A model generated the notes under the pieces. That model searched no databases and was not told the DNA's origin. It saw only the letters and a program-made list of their open reading frames with translations. The translations under genes were made by a program, and so were the position numbers. A DNA stretch of 64,000 nucleotides from an uncultured Chloroflexia bacterium. GTDB lineage: Bacteria > Chloroflexota > Limnocylindria > Limnocylindrales > CSP1-4. This document shows, piece by piece, positions 50,985-60,633 of this stretch; position 1 is the stretch's first letter; each line of letters starts with the position of its first letter. The stretch is from NCBI GenBank assembly GCA_963748625.1, contig CAVVJT010000004.1:640001-704000 (forward strand), in the 5' to 3' direction.

Positions 50985-51881
50985 CAGTACTCCACCGCCT
51001 TGCCGCGACCCAGGTAGAGCTGGATGATCGAGGCCACCAGCGTGATCCCGAAGATGACGACGGCGATCGCCGCCGCGTAGCCCATCTGGTCGTTGAAGAA
51101 CGCGGACTTGTACAGCCAGGTGCCCAGCGTGTGGCTGGCGTTGTTGGGTCCGCCGCCGGTCATCACCTGGACCTCGTTGAACACGAGGAACGCGCCCGGC
51201 GATCGTGATGATCATCGCCAGCAGCGTCATCTCCCGGACGAGCGGCAGCGTGATCCGGCGGAATGCCTGGACCCTCGACGCCCCGTCCAGGTACGCGGCC
51301 TCGTACAGCTCCTTCGGGATCCGCTGCATCGCGACGATGAACAGGACGGCGACATAGCCGATCGACTGCCACTGGCTCATCGCGATGATCGCCCAGATCG
51401 CGGTCGCGGACTCACCCAGCCAGGAGTGCTTCCAGGCATCGAGGCCGAGGGCGTCGAGCAGCCCGTTGACCAGGCCGATCTGCGGGTTGTACATGAACTG
51501 GAACAGCAGGCCGGTGATCGGTCAGCGACAGGATCGCCGGCACGAAGTAGACCGTCCGGAGGATGCCCATGCGACCGCGCATGGACCATCTCCTCGAGCA
51601 CGGCGGCGAGGATGAGGCCGCCGCCGACCTGGACGATGACCGAGACGATCGCGTAGGCGACGTTGTTGAACAGCGAGCTCGCGAAGACTGGGTCCGCCGC
51701 CAGCGTCTGGTAGTTGCCGAGCCCGACGCACACCTCGTCGCGGCGAGAACGCGTTCCAGCGGTACAGGCTCAGGCGGACGTTGTCGACGACGGGGTAGTA
51801 GACGAAGACGACCAGCAGCAGGACGGCCGGGGCGACCCACAGCAGCGTCGACCACCGGCCGAGTCGAGACGTACCCGGCAT
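50984..51881 (-). CDS. Carbohydrate ABC permease (MalF-type); frameshifted
   Basis: VGLGNY, RTVYFVP, IPKELYEAAYLDGA, MTGGGP, MGYAAAIA across frames. Confidence 0.85.
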
Positions 51882-51910
51882 CGGTGCTCCCTTCCGCGCG
51901 TCCGGATGAG

Positions 51911-51946
51911 CGGGAGGGCGGCGCGCGGGACCGCGCCGCCCTCCCG
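51911..51946. terminator. Intercistronic stem-loop after the solute-binding gene
   Basis: CGGGAGGGCGGCGCG-N6-CGCGCCGCCCTCCCG. Confidence 0.6.
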
Positions 51947-51957
51947 GGAGGCGGTTG

Positions 51958-53354
51958 CTACTGGCAGGCCTTGGCGGTGGCCGCAGCAGCCCGGATGTCG
52001 TCCACGACCTGGGCGGGCGTCTTGGTGCCGTCGAGCTTCGCCTGGACGCCGTTGAGGTAGGCGTTGGCGACGTCGATGTGGGTGACGGTGTCGAGCCAGA
52101 TCGCCATGCCGATGGCCTTGGCGATGTCCTCGATCACGGTCACATTCTGCGGGAACGTGTTCTCGGCGGTGGCCGAACCCATGACCGGGCTGAGCCAGCC
52201 GAGGTCCGCCACCATCTTCTCGGCGTTGTCGAGGCTGGTGAGGAACTTGAGGAAGTCGATGGCGATGTCGACGTGCTCGGAGCCCGGGTTGACGAGGAAC
52301 CCGTCCGGGGCGCCCGTCAGGTACGCCGGTGTCACCGGCGGGAGCCGCAGGGGCCGGGAGCTTGAAGAAGTCCCAGTTCGCGGCACATCGGCCGGGGCGC
52401 CGCCCTTCTCGGTGAGGACGAAGAACTCGACCGCCTCGATGTAGTGCATCGGGGACTTGGCCGTCGAGGAACTGCGCCTGGCCGTCTCGTGCGTGATGCC
52501 GTTCGAGCCTGCGACAGGCAGTGGGTGTTGATGTCGCCGAACGCCTCGAGCGCCTGCGGTAGCCCGGGTCGGTGAACGCGCCGGTGGCGGGCTCGTAGTC
52601 CTGGCCAGGACGTCCGGGGCGACGAAGTAGGGGTTGAGCTGGGTCATGAAGTGGATCGCCGGCCAGCCGTTGAGGTTGCCGAACGTGATCGGGTCGGTGA
52701 TCGCCCTTCGCCTTGAAGGTGTCGCAGGCGGCGAGCAGCTCCTCGAGCGTCGTCGGCACGGCGACGCCGGCGTCCGTGAACATCTGCTTGTTGTAGACGA
52801 GGTACTTGGCGTCGAGCGTGATCGGCACGCCGTACAGCTTGCCGTCGTAGGTGTACGCCTCGAGGGCGGCCGGGGTGAAGCTGGACCTGCCAGTCACCGG
52901 TGACGTCGCCGGACAGGTCCTTGGCGAGGTCGCCGCGGACGAACTTCTTGGTGAAGTCGCCGGCCCACGAGAAGTAGACGTCCGGCAGCGAGTTCGAGGC
53001 CGCGAGGACGCGCAGCTTGTCCTTGACGCCCTGGTCGGTCTCGGCCAGGATGTCGATCTTGACCTTGGGGTTGGCGGCCATGTAGTCCGCCACGACGGCC
53101 TCGAAGTACGGCGCGTACCGCGGGTCGCCGTACTTGTGCAGGAAGGTGATGGTGCCCTCCAGCTCCGCAGCGGGCTCCTCGGTCGCAGCGGCCGCAGTCG
53201 CCTCCGCCGACGTGGCGGGAGCCGCGGTCGCGGGCGCGTCGGTCGCGGCAGGCGTGGTCGCCGCCGAGCCACCACACGCTGCGACGACGATCGCCACCGC
53301 GGCGATGAGGCCGGCGAGGCGCCGGCGCCGGTCCGGTCCGGCTGTCGAGATCAT
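51958..53354 (-). CDS. Sugar ABC solute-binding lipoprotein; frameshifted
   Basis: Lipobox VVAACGG, Ala/Thr linker, PDVYFSWAG, DGKLYGVP...YNK, DFLKFLTS; AGGAGGAG RBS. Confidence 0.85.
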
Positions 53355-53374
53355 GGAATGCTCCTCCTCTTGGA

Positions 53375-54236
53375 TCACGCGCCAGTACCCGCCTCGCTCG
53401 TCGCGGCACCTGCCGTGACGGCTGACGGGAACGGTGGAAAGGCCGCCGTGCCGTAGCCGAACGCCCCGTACCCGCCGCAGGTCGCGGACGCGTGACAGGG
53501 CCGCCGACGCCAGCGACGTCGCAAAGGACTCGTCCCGAAGGACACCGACGAGGAAACGGGCGATGAACGCATCACCCGCACCGAGGGAGTCGATCAACTC
53601 GGTGGGCACGGAGGGCTGCCGCCAGAACCGCTGTCCGTCGAACAGCAGGGCGTCGGCGGCGCCGCGGGTTGCCAGGGCCAGTTGCGGGCCGAGGCGATGC
53701 ACGCGCTCGAGCCACGCTTCAGCGGCGTCATCGTCGAGGTCGGCAAGCGAGAACTCGGCGATGTCGACATGGGGCAGGAGGGGTTCGAGGTACGCCGGGT
53801 CACGGCGCACGGAGAAGTCGAATGAGAGTCGGGTGGCACCTGCAAGCAGGTGGACCTGATCCTCGAGGTAGCTGGATTCGCTGCTGTGGACGAGGTCGAA
53901 ACCAGCAAGCCAGGCGAGATCGTCCTGGTCGAGCTCGAACGATGACACGCCCGCATCGCCGCCGATGAACTCGCGGTTTCCCTCGATCACCGCGACCTCC
54001 GCGTAGGCGTTGGGCCCGTGGAGGACCCGGAGACGGTCCGTCTCGAGGCCTTCTGCCCGGATCGCGCCCAGGACGTGGCGGCCTGCGACGTCGTCGCCGA
54101 GGGCGCCGAGGTAGGCGGACGGGATCCCGAACCGGTGGGCGTACACGGCGACGTTGAGCGCCTGGCCGCCCGGGAACATCGTCCCGAGGTCCCGGTAGCG
54201 GTCGACGACGTTGTCGCCGACCCCCGCCAGCTTCAT
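53375..54236 (-). CDS. frlD: PfkB-family kinase, fructoselysine 6-kinase-like; frameshift near 53495
   Basis: MKLAGVGDNVVDRY, PGGQALNVAV, SFDFS, IDSLGAGDAFIA; next to SIS deglycases. Confidence 0.8.
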
Positions 54237-54238
54237 GG

Positions 54239-55288
54239 CTAGTACTCGACCTTGAACATGTAGCGGCGGTTCTTGAGGTCGTGGCCGGTGGCCGCCTCGA
54301 AGTGCCGCGCGAGCCGGCTCATGACGGCATCGAGCGCGAAGTGCGACGCGAACGGGCGCATCGAGGGCTCGATACCGGGCAGGGCCAGGTCCTTGGAGTC
54401 GATGAACCAGGCATTCTTCGTGTACTTCTGGAGGAACGCCTTGGCGCGCTCGTCGATGGGCCGGGTGGCCTCCTCGCCGAGGAACTGGATGACCGCGGTG
54501 TCCTCGACCACGACCTCCATGGCGCCGTGCAGGAACTCGGCGGAATCGAAGCTTGCCGCGTGCATCCACTGCATCTCCTGCAGGTAGCACATGGACAGGC
54601 AGTAGGCCGTGCCATGGTTGGGGCCGGCGCCGATGATGTAGATGACCGGCGCGTCCTTGAGGGCTGCAGCGATCCGGGCGTTCAGGGGCTCCGCCTCGCT
54701 GACGGCATCGAGCAGCGCATCGGGCAGCGCCTCGAGGGCGCGGATGTGAGCCGCGTGCTCCTCATCGGAGAGGTCGCCGGTCGCGCGCAGGATCGCGAGG
54801 CCCACGTACATGAGCATGAACTGCTTCGGATCGCCTGCATCCCAGTCGTGCTCGTAGGTCCAGGCGACGTCGCCGGCCTTGGCGAGCGGGCTGTCGGGAT
54901 AGCGAGTCGTCGTGGCGACGGTGGCGCCCTTCGCCTTGGCGAACGCTGCGGCCTCGACCACCTCTGGCGTCGTCCCGGTGTGGGAGGCGAGGATCACGAG
55001 CGACCCGGGGCCGAGGGCCGCCGGGTTGCGGTGGATGAACTCGTTGGCCGAGACCGTGGAGACCGGCACCTTGGTCGAGCGGGTCTCGAGCAGGTACTGG
55101 AGACCCTCGTGGGTCAGGTAGCCACCCCCGGACCCTAGCAGGAAGATGTTGCGCAGGCCGTCGGCGACGACCTGTGCGGCGAAGGCCTCGATCTCGGCTC
55201 GCTGGGCGATCGCGCGGTCGAGCGCGAGGCGGTCGCCCGTCGGGATGGGCTTGAGCTCGGTGACGGGCGGGAGGACGTCGGTGGTCAC
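54239..55288 (-). CDS. frlB: SIS-domain fructosamine-6-phosphate deglycase
   Basis: GSGG, SHTGTTPE, MCYLQEMQWMHA...AEFLHGAMEVV, HDLKNRRYMFKVEY C-terminus. Confidence 0.82.
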   Translation of the reverse strand: MTTDVLPPVTELKPIPTGDRLALDRAIAQRAEIEAFAAQVVADGLRNIFLLGSGGGYLTHEGLQYLLETRSTKVPVSTVSANEFIHRNPAALGPGSLVILASHTGTTPEVVEAAAFAKAKGATVATTTRYPDSPLAKAGDVAWTYEHDWDAGDPKQFMLMYVGLAILRATGDLSDEEHAAHIRALEALPDALLDAVSEAEPLNARIAAALKDAPVIYIIGAGPNHGTAYCLSMCYLQEMQWMHAASFDSAEFLHGAMEVVVEDTAVIQFLGEEATRPIDERAKAFLQKYTKNAWFIDSKDLALPGIEPSMRPFASHFALDAVMSRLARHFEAATGHDLKNRRYMFKVEY

Positions 55289-55331
55289 GATGGCAGGCTC
55301 CGCTGCGGGTGGGTGATGGATCGGCCGCCGA

Positions 55332-56402
55332 TTACGGCCAGGTGGCGTCGGGGCCGGTGGCAAGGAGCCGGCGGCCCATGAACACGCGGGCGTCGAGGTC
55401 CGTGATGCCGCGCAGGAGCGCCGAGTAGACGACGAACCACTGGAGCGGGATCAGCAGGAGGAACGGCGTGAGCTGGGGGTGGATGGCCGGGTAGTCGGCC
55501 GCGTCGATCACGAGCGTCCGGGCGCCGGCCTGGCGGACAAGGTCGAGCGAGCGGAGGGTCATGGCGCGCGAGGCGTCGGTGCCGACCACGAAGACCATGT
55601 CGGGACGCTGGCGCTCGAAGGCCTCGATGGGCCCGTGGCGGAGCTCGCCGCTCTCGATGTACGAGCCGTGGACGCGGATGTTCTCCATGAACACGGTCAG
55701 GGCGAATTTGTAGGCAAGTCCCGCAAGCGAACCCGCGCCGACGCAGTACAGGAGCTGGGCGGGCAGGAATTCCCTCGCCTGGTCCAGGGCGGGCGCCTGC
55801 GCGGTCCGGTACGCCTCGTCAAGGACGGGCGGCAGGGCGTCGAGCCCCTCGAGGAGCGCCTTCGCGTCGTCCGCCTTCGAGCTGCCGGTCTGGATCGCGA
55901 GCTCTGCGGCGAAGATCAGCACTGCCGCCAGCGGCATGTCGTAGAGCGCCGTGGAGGCGTAGTCGATGACGATCGATGCCTCGCTGGCCATCGGGCTCGG
56001 GCGGCGCTTCACCAGGGCCACGGTGGTGGCGCCCTTCGCGTTCGCGTAGCGCATCGCGGCAAGCGTGTCCTCCGTGGCGCCGGAGTACGACGCCAGGAAC
56101 ACGAGGCTCTTCGGGCCGAGATCTGCCGGATCGCGCCAGGTCAGCTCGTAGCTGGGGTAGGCCGCGGCCGGCAGGCCGCCGTAGGTGTCGACGAGCAGCT
56201 GGCCGCTGGCCATGTTCGCGTAAGAGCCGCCGCTGCCGACGAAGTACACCCGGTCGAACTGGCCATCCGCTGCCCGTGCGGCCAGCGCCTTGATCGAGGC
56301 GGTCCGCTCGGCGAGGAAGGCGGTGAGGTCGGCCGCGATCCGCGGCGCGGTGAAGAGCTCGCTCTCGATCGCCTGGTCGACCAGGGTGTCCAGAAGGGTC
56401 AT
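55332..56402 (-). CDS. Second SIS-domain deglycase-like protein (FrlB paralogue)
   Basis: FVGSGGS, SYSGATED, VFMEN, GELRHGPIE, DLDARVFMG. Confidence 0.8.
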   Translation of the reverse strand: MTLLDTLVDQAIESELFTAPRIAADLTAFLAERTASIKALAARAADGQFDRVYFVGSGGSYANMASGQLLVDTYGGLPAAAYPSYELTWRDPADLGPKSLVFLASYSGATEDTLAAMRYANAKGATTVALVKRRPSPMASEASIVIDYASTALYDMPLAAVLIFAAELAIQTGSSKADDAKALLEGLDALPPVLDEAYRTAQAPALDQAREFLPAQLLYCVGAGSLAGLAYKFALTVFMENIRVHGSYIESGELRHGPIEAFERQRPDMVFVVGTDASRAMTLRSLDLVRQAGARTLVIDAADYPAIHPQLTPFLLLIPLQWFVVYSALLRGITDLDARVFMGRRLLATGPDATWP

Positions 56403-56430
56403 CGGTGGTCCTCGATGCGGAACATAGTCC

Positions 56431-56473
56431 GATTGGGAACGTTCTCAATCGTCGATGTTGGGAACGTTCTCAC
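56431..56473. promoter_or_regulatory. Twin LacI-family operators
   Basis: GATTGGGAACGTTCTCAATC (56431-56450, palindrome with one mismatched pair) and TTGGGAACGTTCTCAC (56458-56473), just upstream of the operon. Confidence 0.8.
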
Positions 56474-56581
56474 ACTCCGTTCGAGATGTCAACGGTGAAA
56501 ATGCGACCTGATGCTCCCGCCGGGCGAGTCGCCTCGGGGCCCGGGCGTGGGCACCCGGATGTCGCCGGAGAACCTGCCGCG

Positions 56582-57658
56582 TCAGCGGCGGTGCTGCACC
56601 CCGCCGGCAGGGCGCGCAGGGACGGGCGCGGTGGAGCCCCTCGTCGCAAACGTCGTCGCCAGGACGATCGTCTCGGGCGGGCTGTCGTCACCCGCCAGGC
56701 GTGCAAGCAGCCGTGTCGCCGCCGCGGCGCCGAGGTCGTACACCGGCTGCACGACAACCGACAGCGGCGGGCGCACGATCGTCGTCCACTCGAGGTCGTC
56801 GAACCCGACGAGCGACACCTCTGCCGGTACCGCCCTCCCCGCCTGCTGGACGCCGTCGAAGGCTCCAAGGCTCATCAGGTTGTCGGTGGTGAACACCGCC
56901 GTGGCAGGGTCCTCGATGGCCAGGACGGCGATGGTCTCGGCGACGGCTGCCGCGCGCGTGTAGGCCGCCATCCGGACGAGGTCGTCGGAGACCTCGATCC
57001 CCGCCGCCTCGAGCCCCTGCACGTAGCCTGCGAGACGGGCCTGGTTGGTGTGGATGAGTCCTTGCGAGGTTAGGAGCGCGATCCGCCGGTGGCCGAGGCC
57101 CGTGAGATGCTCGACAGCGCGCCTGGCGGCGGCCTCGTTGTCAACCACCACCGCGTCCGCTGCAAGGCCCGGCAGCACGCGGTCGATCAGGACCACGGGC
57201 GTGCCATGCGCCACGAGCTCCGCGAGGTGAGTCGGCGTCTCCGTGGAGGCGGGCGCGATGATCAGCCCGTCCACCTGCTTCTCGCCAAGCGTCCGGACGG
57301 CGGCCCGTTCGGTGGCCGGATCCTCGTCGCTGTTGACGAGCAGCACCTCGTATCCGGCGCGGTGGGCGACATCCGCGATCCCCCTCGCCGCCCTGGCGAA
57401 GAACGGGTTCTCGATATCGGCAACGACCAGGCCCAAGGTGTGCGTGGTGCCTGTGATCATGCTGCGGGCCAGGGAGTTGCGCCGATAGCCGAGCGTCGCC
57501 GCGGCCGCGGCCACCTTCTCGCGAACGGCCGGGCTCACCGACCCATAGTCGCCCAGTGCCCGGGCCGTCGTGGACACCGATACTCCGGCCAGGGCGGCGA
57601 CAGCCTGGATCGTGGGGGTTGTCCGGGTCCTGGAACGACGTGTCACGTGCGCCAGCAT
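56582..57658 (-). CDS. LacI-family transcriptional regulator
   Basis: PTIQAVAALAGVSVSTTARAL, YRRNSLARSM, NPFF, VSLVGFDD. Confidence 0.93.
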   Translation of the reverse strand: MLAHVTRRSRTRTTPTIQAVAALAGVSVSTTARALGDYGSVSPAVREKVAAAAATLGYRRNSLARSMITGTTHTLGLVVADIENPFFARAARGIADVAHRAGYEVLLVNSDEDPATERAAVRTLGEKQVDGLIIAPASTETPTHLAELVAHGTPVVLIDRVLPGLAADAVVVDNEAAARRAVEHLTGLGHRRIALLTSQGLIHTNQARLAGYVQGLEAAGIEVSDDLVRMAAYTRAAAVAETIAVLAIEDPATAVFTTDNLMSLGAFDGVQQAGRAVPAEVSLVGFDDLEWTTIVRPPLSVVVQPVYDLGAAAATRLLARLAGDDSPPETIVLATTFATRGSTAPVPARPAGGVQHRR

Positions 57659-57766
57659 ACCGAGCCGCAGCACCAGGACGGACTGGGATCCTGAGCGTGG
57701 GGCGGGCGTCCCGGCCCACTCCCCTACACTTGAAGGCCATCAACGTCCGCCGGAGATCAACCACCC

Positions 57767-58690
57767 GTGACCCTCGCTCCCTTGCGCCCGACGCCCGCCC
57801 CCAGCGTGCGTCCGTGGGCCGGGCACCGTCTCGGCACGCCCGAAGCACGCGTCGGGGAGCTGTGGCTCGCCGGGCCCGACTCCGTTGTGACCGTGGACGA
57901 CAGCACGACCTTCACGCTCGACGAGCTCGCCAGCCAGCACGGCGCCGCGCTGGTGGGTGAACGGGGCATGGCGCTCCTGGGCGCCCGGTTCCCGCTGCTC
58001 ACCAAGCTCATCGACGCCGAGGACTGGCTCTCGCTCCAGGTGCACCCGGATGACGACCTGGCCCGCGCGATCTACGGGCCGGCAGCAGTCGGCAAGGCCG
58101 AGGCATGGGTCGTGATCGACGCCACCCCGGAGACCAGCCTCGTGACCGGTCCGGCTCCAGCGCTGCCCGAGGTTGAGCTGCTGGCGAGGATCGCCCGCGG
58201 CGAGTTGGGCATGGACGGCTGCACCACGACACGTGCCCGCGCCGGCGACGTGCTGCTCCTGGAGCCTGGCACGATCCACGCGATCGGGGCGGGAGCATTC
58301 GTCTACGAGATCGAGCAGCCGTCGGACATCACGTTCCGGGTCTCCGACTGGGGCCGGCCCACGGGCCGGACGCTTCACGTGGAGGAGGCGCTCCGGGCGC
58401 TGCGCCCCGCTGCCCACGCCGTTCCGGCGGGCACGGGCTGGGCGCTCGACGGCGGCACCCTTGAGAACGGGCTCTTCCGCCTGGAGCTGGTGCGGGCAGC
58501 GGACCGGCGCGCGCCCGCGGGGCGTTCCGTCGAGGTCGTCTCGACCCTGGTAGGTGGCGCGACGGTGCGTGGCGACAGCTGGTCCGAGCGGCTCGACGAG
58601 TGGGAGACGGTCGTGGTGCCGGCATCGGTGGAGGCCTACGCGCTCGAACCTGACCAGGGAGCCGTCGTGGCGGTCGGCACGGTCCCCTGA
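57767..58690 (+). CDS. manA: Mannose-6-phosphate isomerase, class I (cupin)
   Basis: GELW, FPLLTKLIDA..WLSLQVHPDD, GKAEAW, GTIHAIG, EIEQPSDITFR.DWGR. Confidence 0.88.
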   Translation: MTLAPLRPTPAPSVRPWAGHRLGTPEARVGELWLAGPDSVVTVDDSTTFTLDELASQHGAALVGERGMALLGARFPLLTKLIDAEDWLSLQVHPDDDLARAIYGPAAVGKAEAWVVIDATPETSLVTGPAPALPEVELLARIARGELGMDGCTTTRARAGDVLLLEPGTIHAIGAGAFVYEIEQPSDITFRVSDWGRPTGRTLHVEEALRALRPAAHAVPAGTGWALDGGTLENGLFRLELVRAADRRAPAGRSVEVVSTLVGGATVRGDSWSERLDEWETVVVPASVEAYALEPDQGAVVAVGTVP

Positions 58691-58717
58691 CGGGTCCAGG
58701 TCGGGTCGGCCGACGGG

Positions 58718-59047
58718 CTACCAGGTCCCGGCGTCGTACCGGCGTAGCGCCGCAAGCCGCCCGGCGGGCACGTGGCACTCCAGGCAGGTGACGCCGTCAG
58801 GACCGACGAATGCCTCGTGGAGCGTGCCGGCCGGGAGGTCCAGCCGGTCCCCCGCCCCGAGATCCACGTGGCCGCCGGTCCGCGGAAGGCCGAAGCGGAT
58901 GGAGCCGGCGGCGCACACGAGCACCTTGTCGAAGCCGTGCTCGTGGGGGCTGTAGCGGTCGAACGGGCCGTTCGACCATGGGCCGGGATCCAGCCCCTGG
59001 TCCCTGAGGCGCCGGACGAGGTCGCCCTCCCCACGACCTGCGCTCAC
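58718..59047 (-). CDS. Small cupin-domain protein
   Basis: WSNGP..Y..HEH...KVL...GSI.F, GDRLDLPAGTLHEA.VG; GTGA overlap with the VIT1 gene. Confidence 0.8.
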   Translation of the reverse strand: MSAGRGEGDLVRRLRDQGLDPGPWSNGPFDRYSPHEHGFDKVLVCAAGSIRFGLPRTGGHVDLGAGDRLDLPAGTLHEAFVGPDGVTCLECHVPAGRLAALRRYDAGTW

Positions 59048-60303
59048 CCGGTCACCGCCACGCCGATGAGGCTGCCGACGAGGTACGTGACGCCCGCTGC
59101 GGCGGCACCGATGCCCATCTGCCGGACACCCGAGTAGAGCATGCTGCGGCCGGTGAGCAGGCTGACGGCTGCACCCACCACGAACAGGGCAGCCAGGCTC
59201 ATGGCAAGGCTCACGAAGAAGACCGCGGTGCCGCTGCCGAAGAGGTACGGGATCACCGGGATCACCGCGCCCACCGCGAAGGCGAGGAACGAGCCGATCG
59301 CCGCACCCCACGGCGAGCCGAGCTCATCGGGGTCGAGGCCGAGCTCCTCGCGCACGAGCGTGTCAAGCGCGAGCTTGGGGTCCCGGAACATCCGCTCGGC
59401 GATCCGTTCGGCCTCGTCCCTCGGGAAGCCCTTGGACATGTAGATGGCGGCGAGCTCGCGCTGCTCCTCCTCGGGCATCGCCTCGAGCTCCGCCTTCTCG
59501 AGCTCGATCTGCCGTTCGAAGAGCTCGCGCTGGCTCTGCATCGAGATGTACTCGCCCGCAGCCATGGAGAAGGCGCCGGCGAGCAGGCCCGCGATGCCCG
59601 CGAGCAGCACGAAGCCGCCTTGGTCAGAGGCGCCGGCCACGCCCATCACGAGCGCGAGATTGGACACCAGGCCATCGGAGACGCCGAAGATGACCGCGCG
59701 GATGGTCCCCGAGCGTGCGCTGCGATGCCAGCCCTCCCCCGCGGTGATCCGCTCGGGAGCATCGGCCTCACCGGGCGTGATGACCGGGTGCTCGCCTGCG
59801 GCGACGACCGCTGCGGCATCCCCGCCGCGCGGCACCCTCGACGCGGTGGCCTCCTTCGTGCTGCCACCCAGCTTGGCCGCGCCGCCCGGCGTTGCCGCGC
59901 CGCCCGCCTTGGCCTCCCCGTCGAGGCGCTTCCAGATCTCGGCGTGCTCGCGCTCGTCGGCAGCAATCGACTCGATGGCCGGATGGGCCTCCTGGGCGAC
60001 GTAGATGGCCTCCTCGTCGCCTTCGAGCGCTTTGACGAGGTCGGACACGGCGCGCGTGCCCATGAGCCTCGCGACGAAGACGATGAACCGGACGCGCAGC
60101 CGGGGCCGGCCGGGGTCGGGAACCGTTGCGCCCAGCTCGCGCAAGCGGTCCACCCAGATCGCAGCGTGGCGGCGCTCGTTGGCGGCGATGTGGCGGAACG
60201 CCTCGGCGCGCCGGGGGTCCTTCTCGATCTCCGCCAGTGCCTCGTACAGCACGATGGCGTCCTGCTCGAGCTTCAGGTTCTCGAGGCTCTGCGCGATGTT
60301 CAT
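59044..60303 (-). CDS. VIT1/CCC1 transporter with N-terminal rubrerythrin/ferritin-like domain
   Basis: ExxH motifs (ERRH, EREH); IFGVSDGLVSN, AGAFSMAAGEYIS, EELG. Confidence 0.9.
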   Translation of the reverse strand: MNIAQSLENLKLEQDAIVLYEALAEIEKDPRRAEAFRHIAANERRHAAIWVDRLRELGATVPDPGRPRLRVRFIVFVARLMGTRAVSDLVKALEGDEEAIYVAQEAHPAIESIAADEREHAEIWKRLDGEAKAGGAATPGGAAKLGGSTKEATASRVPRGGDAAAVVAAGEHPVITPGEADAPERITAGEGWHRSARSGTIRAVIFGVSDGLVSNLALVMGVAGASDQGGFVLLAGIAGLLAGAFSMAAGEYISMQSQRELFERQIELEKAELEAMPEEEQRELAAIYMSKGFPRDEAERIAERMFRDPKLALDTLVREELGLDPDELGSPWGAAIGSFLAFAVGAVIPVIPYLFGSGTAVFFVSLAMSLAALFVVGAAVSLLTGRSMLYSGVRQMGIGAAAAGVTYLVGSLIGVAVTG

Positions 60304-60355
60304 GGCGCCACGATATGTGACACGGGCGGCGGCCGCGGCGCCTGCCGCGGCGGTC

Positions 60356-60411
60356 CCGGGTCGCCTGCCGTGCCCCGGGTCGCGTGCCGTGTCACCGGGT
60401 CGCCTGCCGTG
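60356..60411. repeat. Three direct repeats of ~17 bp
   Basis: CCGGGTCGC(C/G)TGCCGTG at 60356, 60375 and 60395. Confidence 0.7.
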
Positions 60412-60633
60412 CCCTCGCTGCACGGCCAGCGGGCCAACCATCGCGCGCCCTGTCATCCTGGCCCGCCCGGCGAGCCATCTCGCGCCTCCCGAGCCTGGAA
60501 CCCCCAGTTCCGGCACGGCAAGCGAGCAGGAATCGCACGGCACCAGACCGTTGGCGCGGCGAGCGTGCGCCGCCGGGTCCGACGAGACCGCAGCGTCCGG
60601 ACGGCGGGCCACCTCGACCCCTACACTCGCCCC

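Noticed and set aside
52644-54590. 648-aa ORF suggesting a PfkB kinase-solute-binding protein fusion
   Set aside because: A frameshift near 53495 bypasses the kinase stop; the binding protein has its own RBS, ATG and lipobox.
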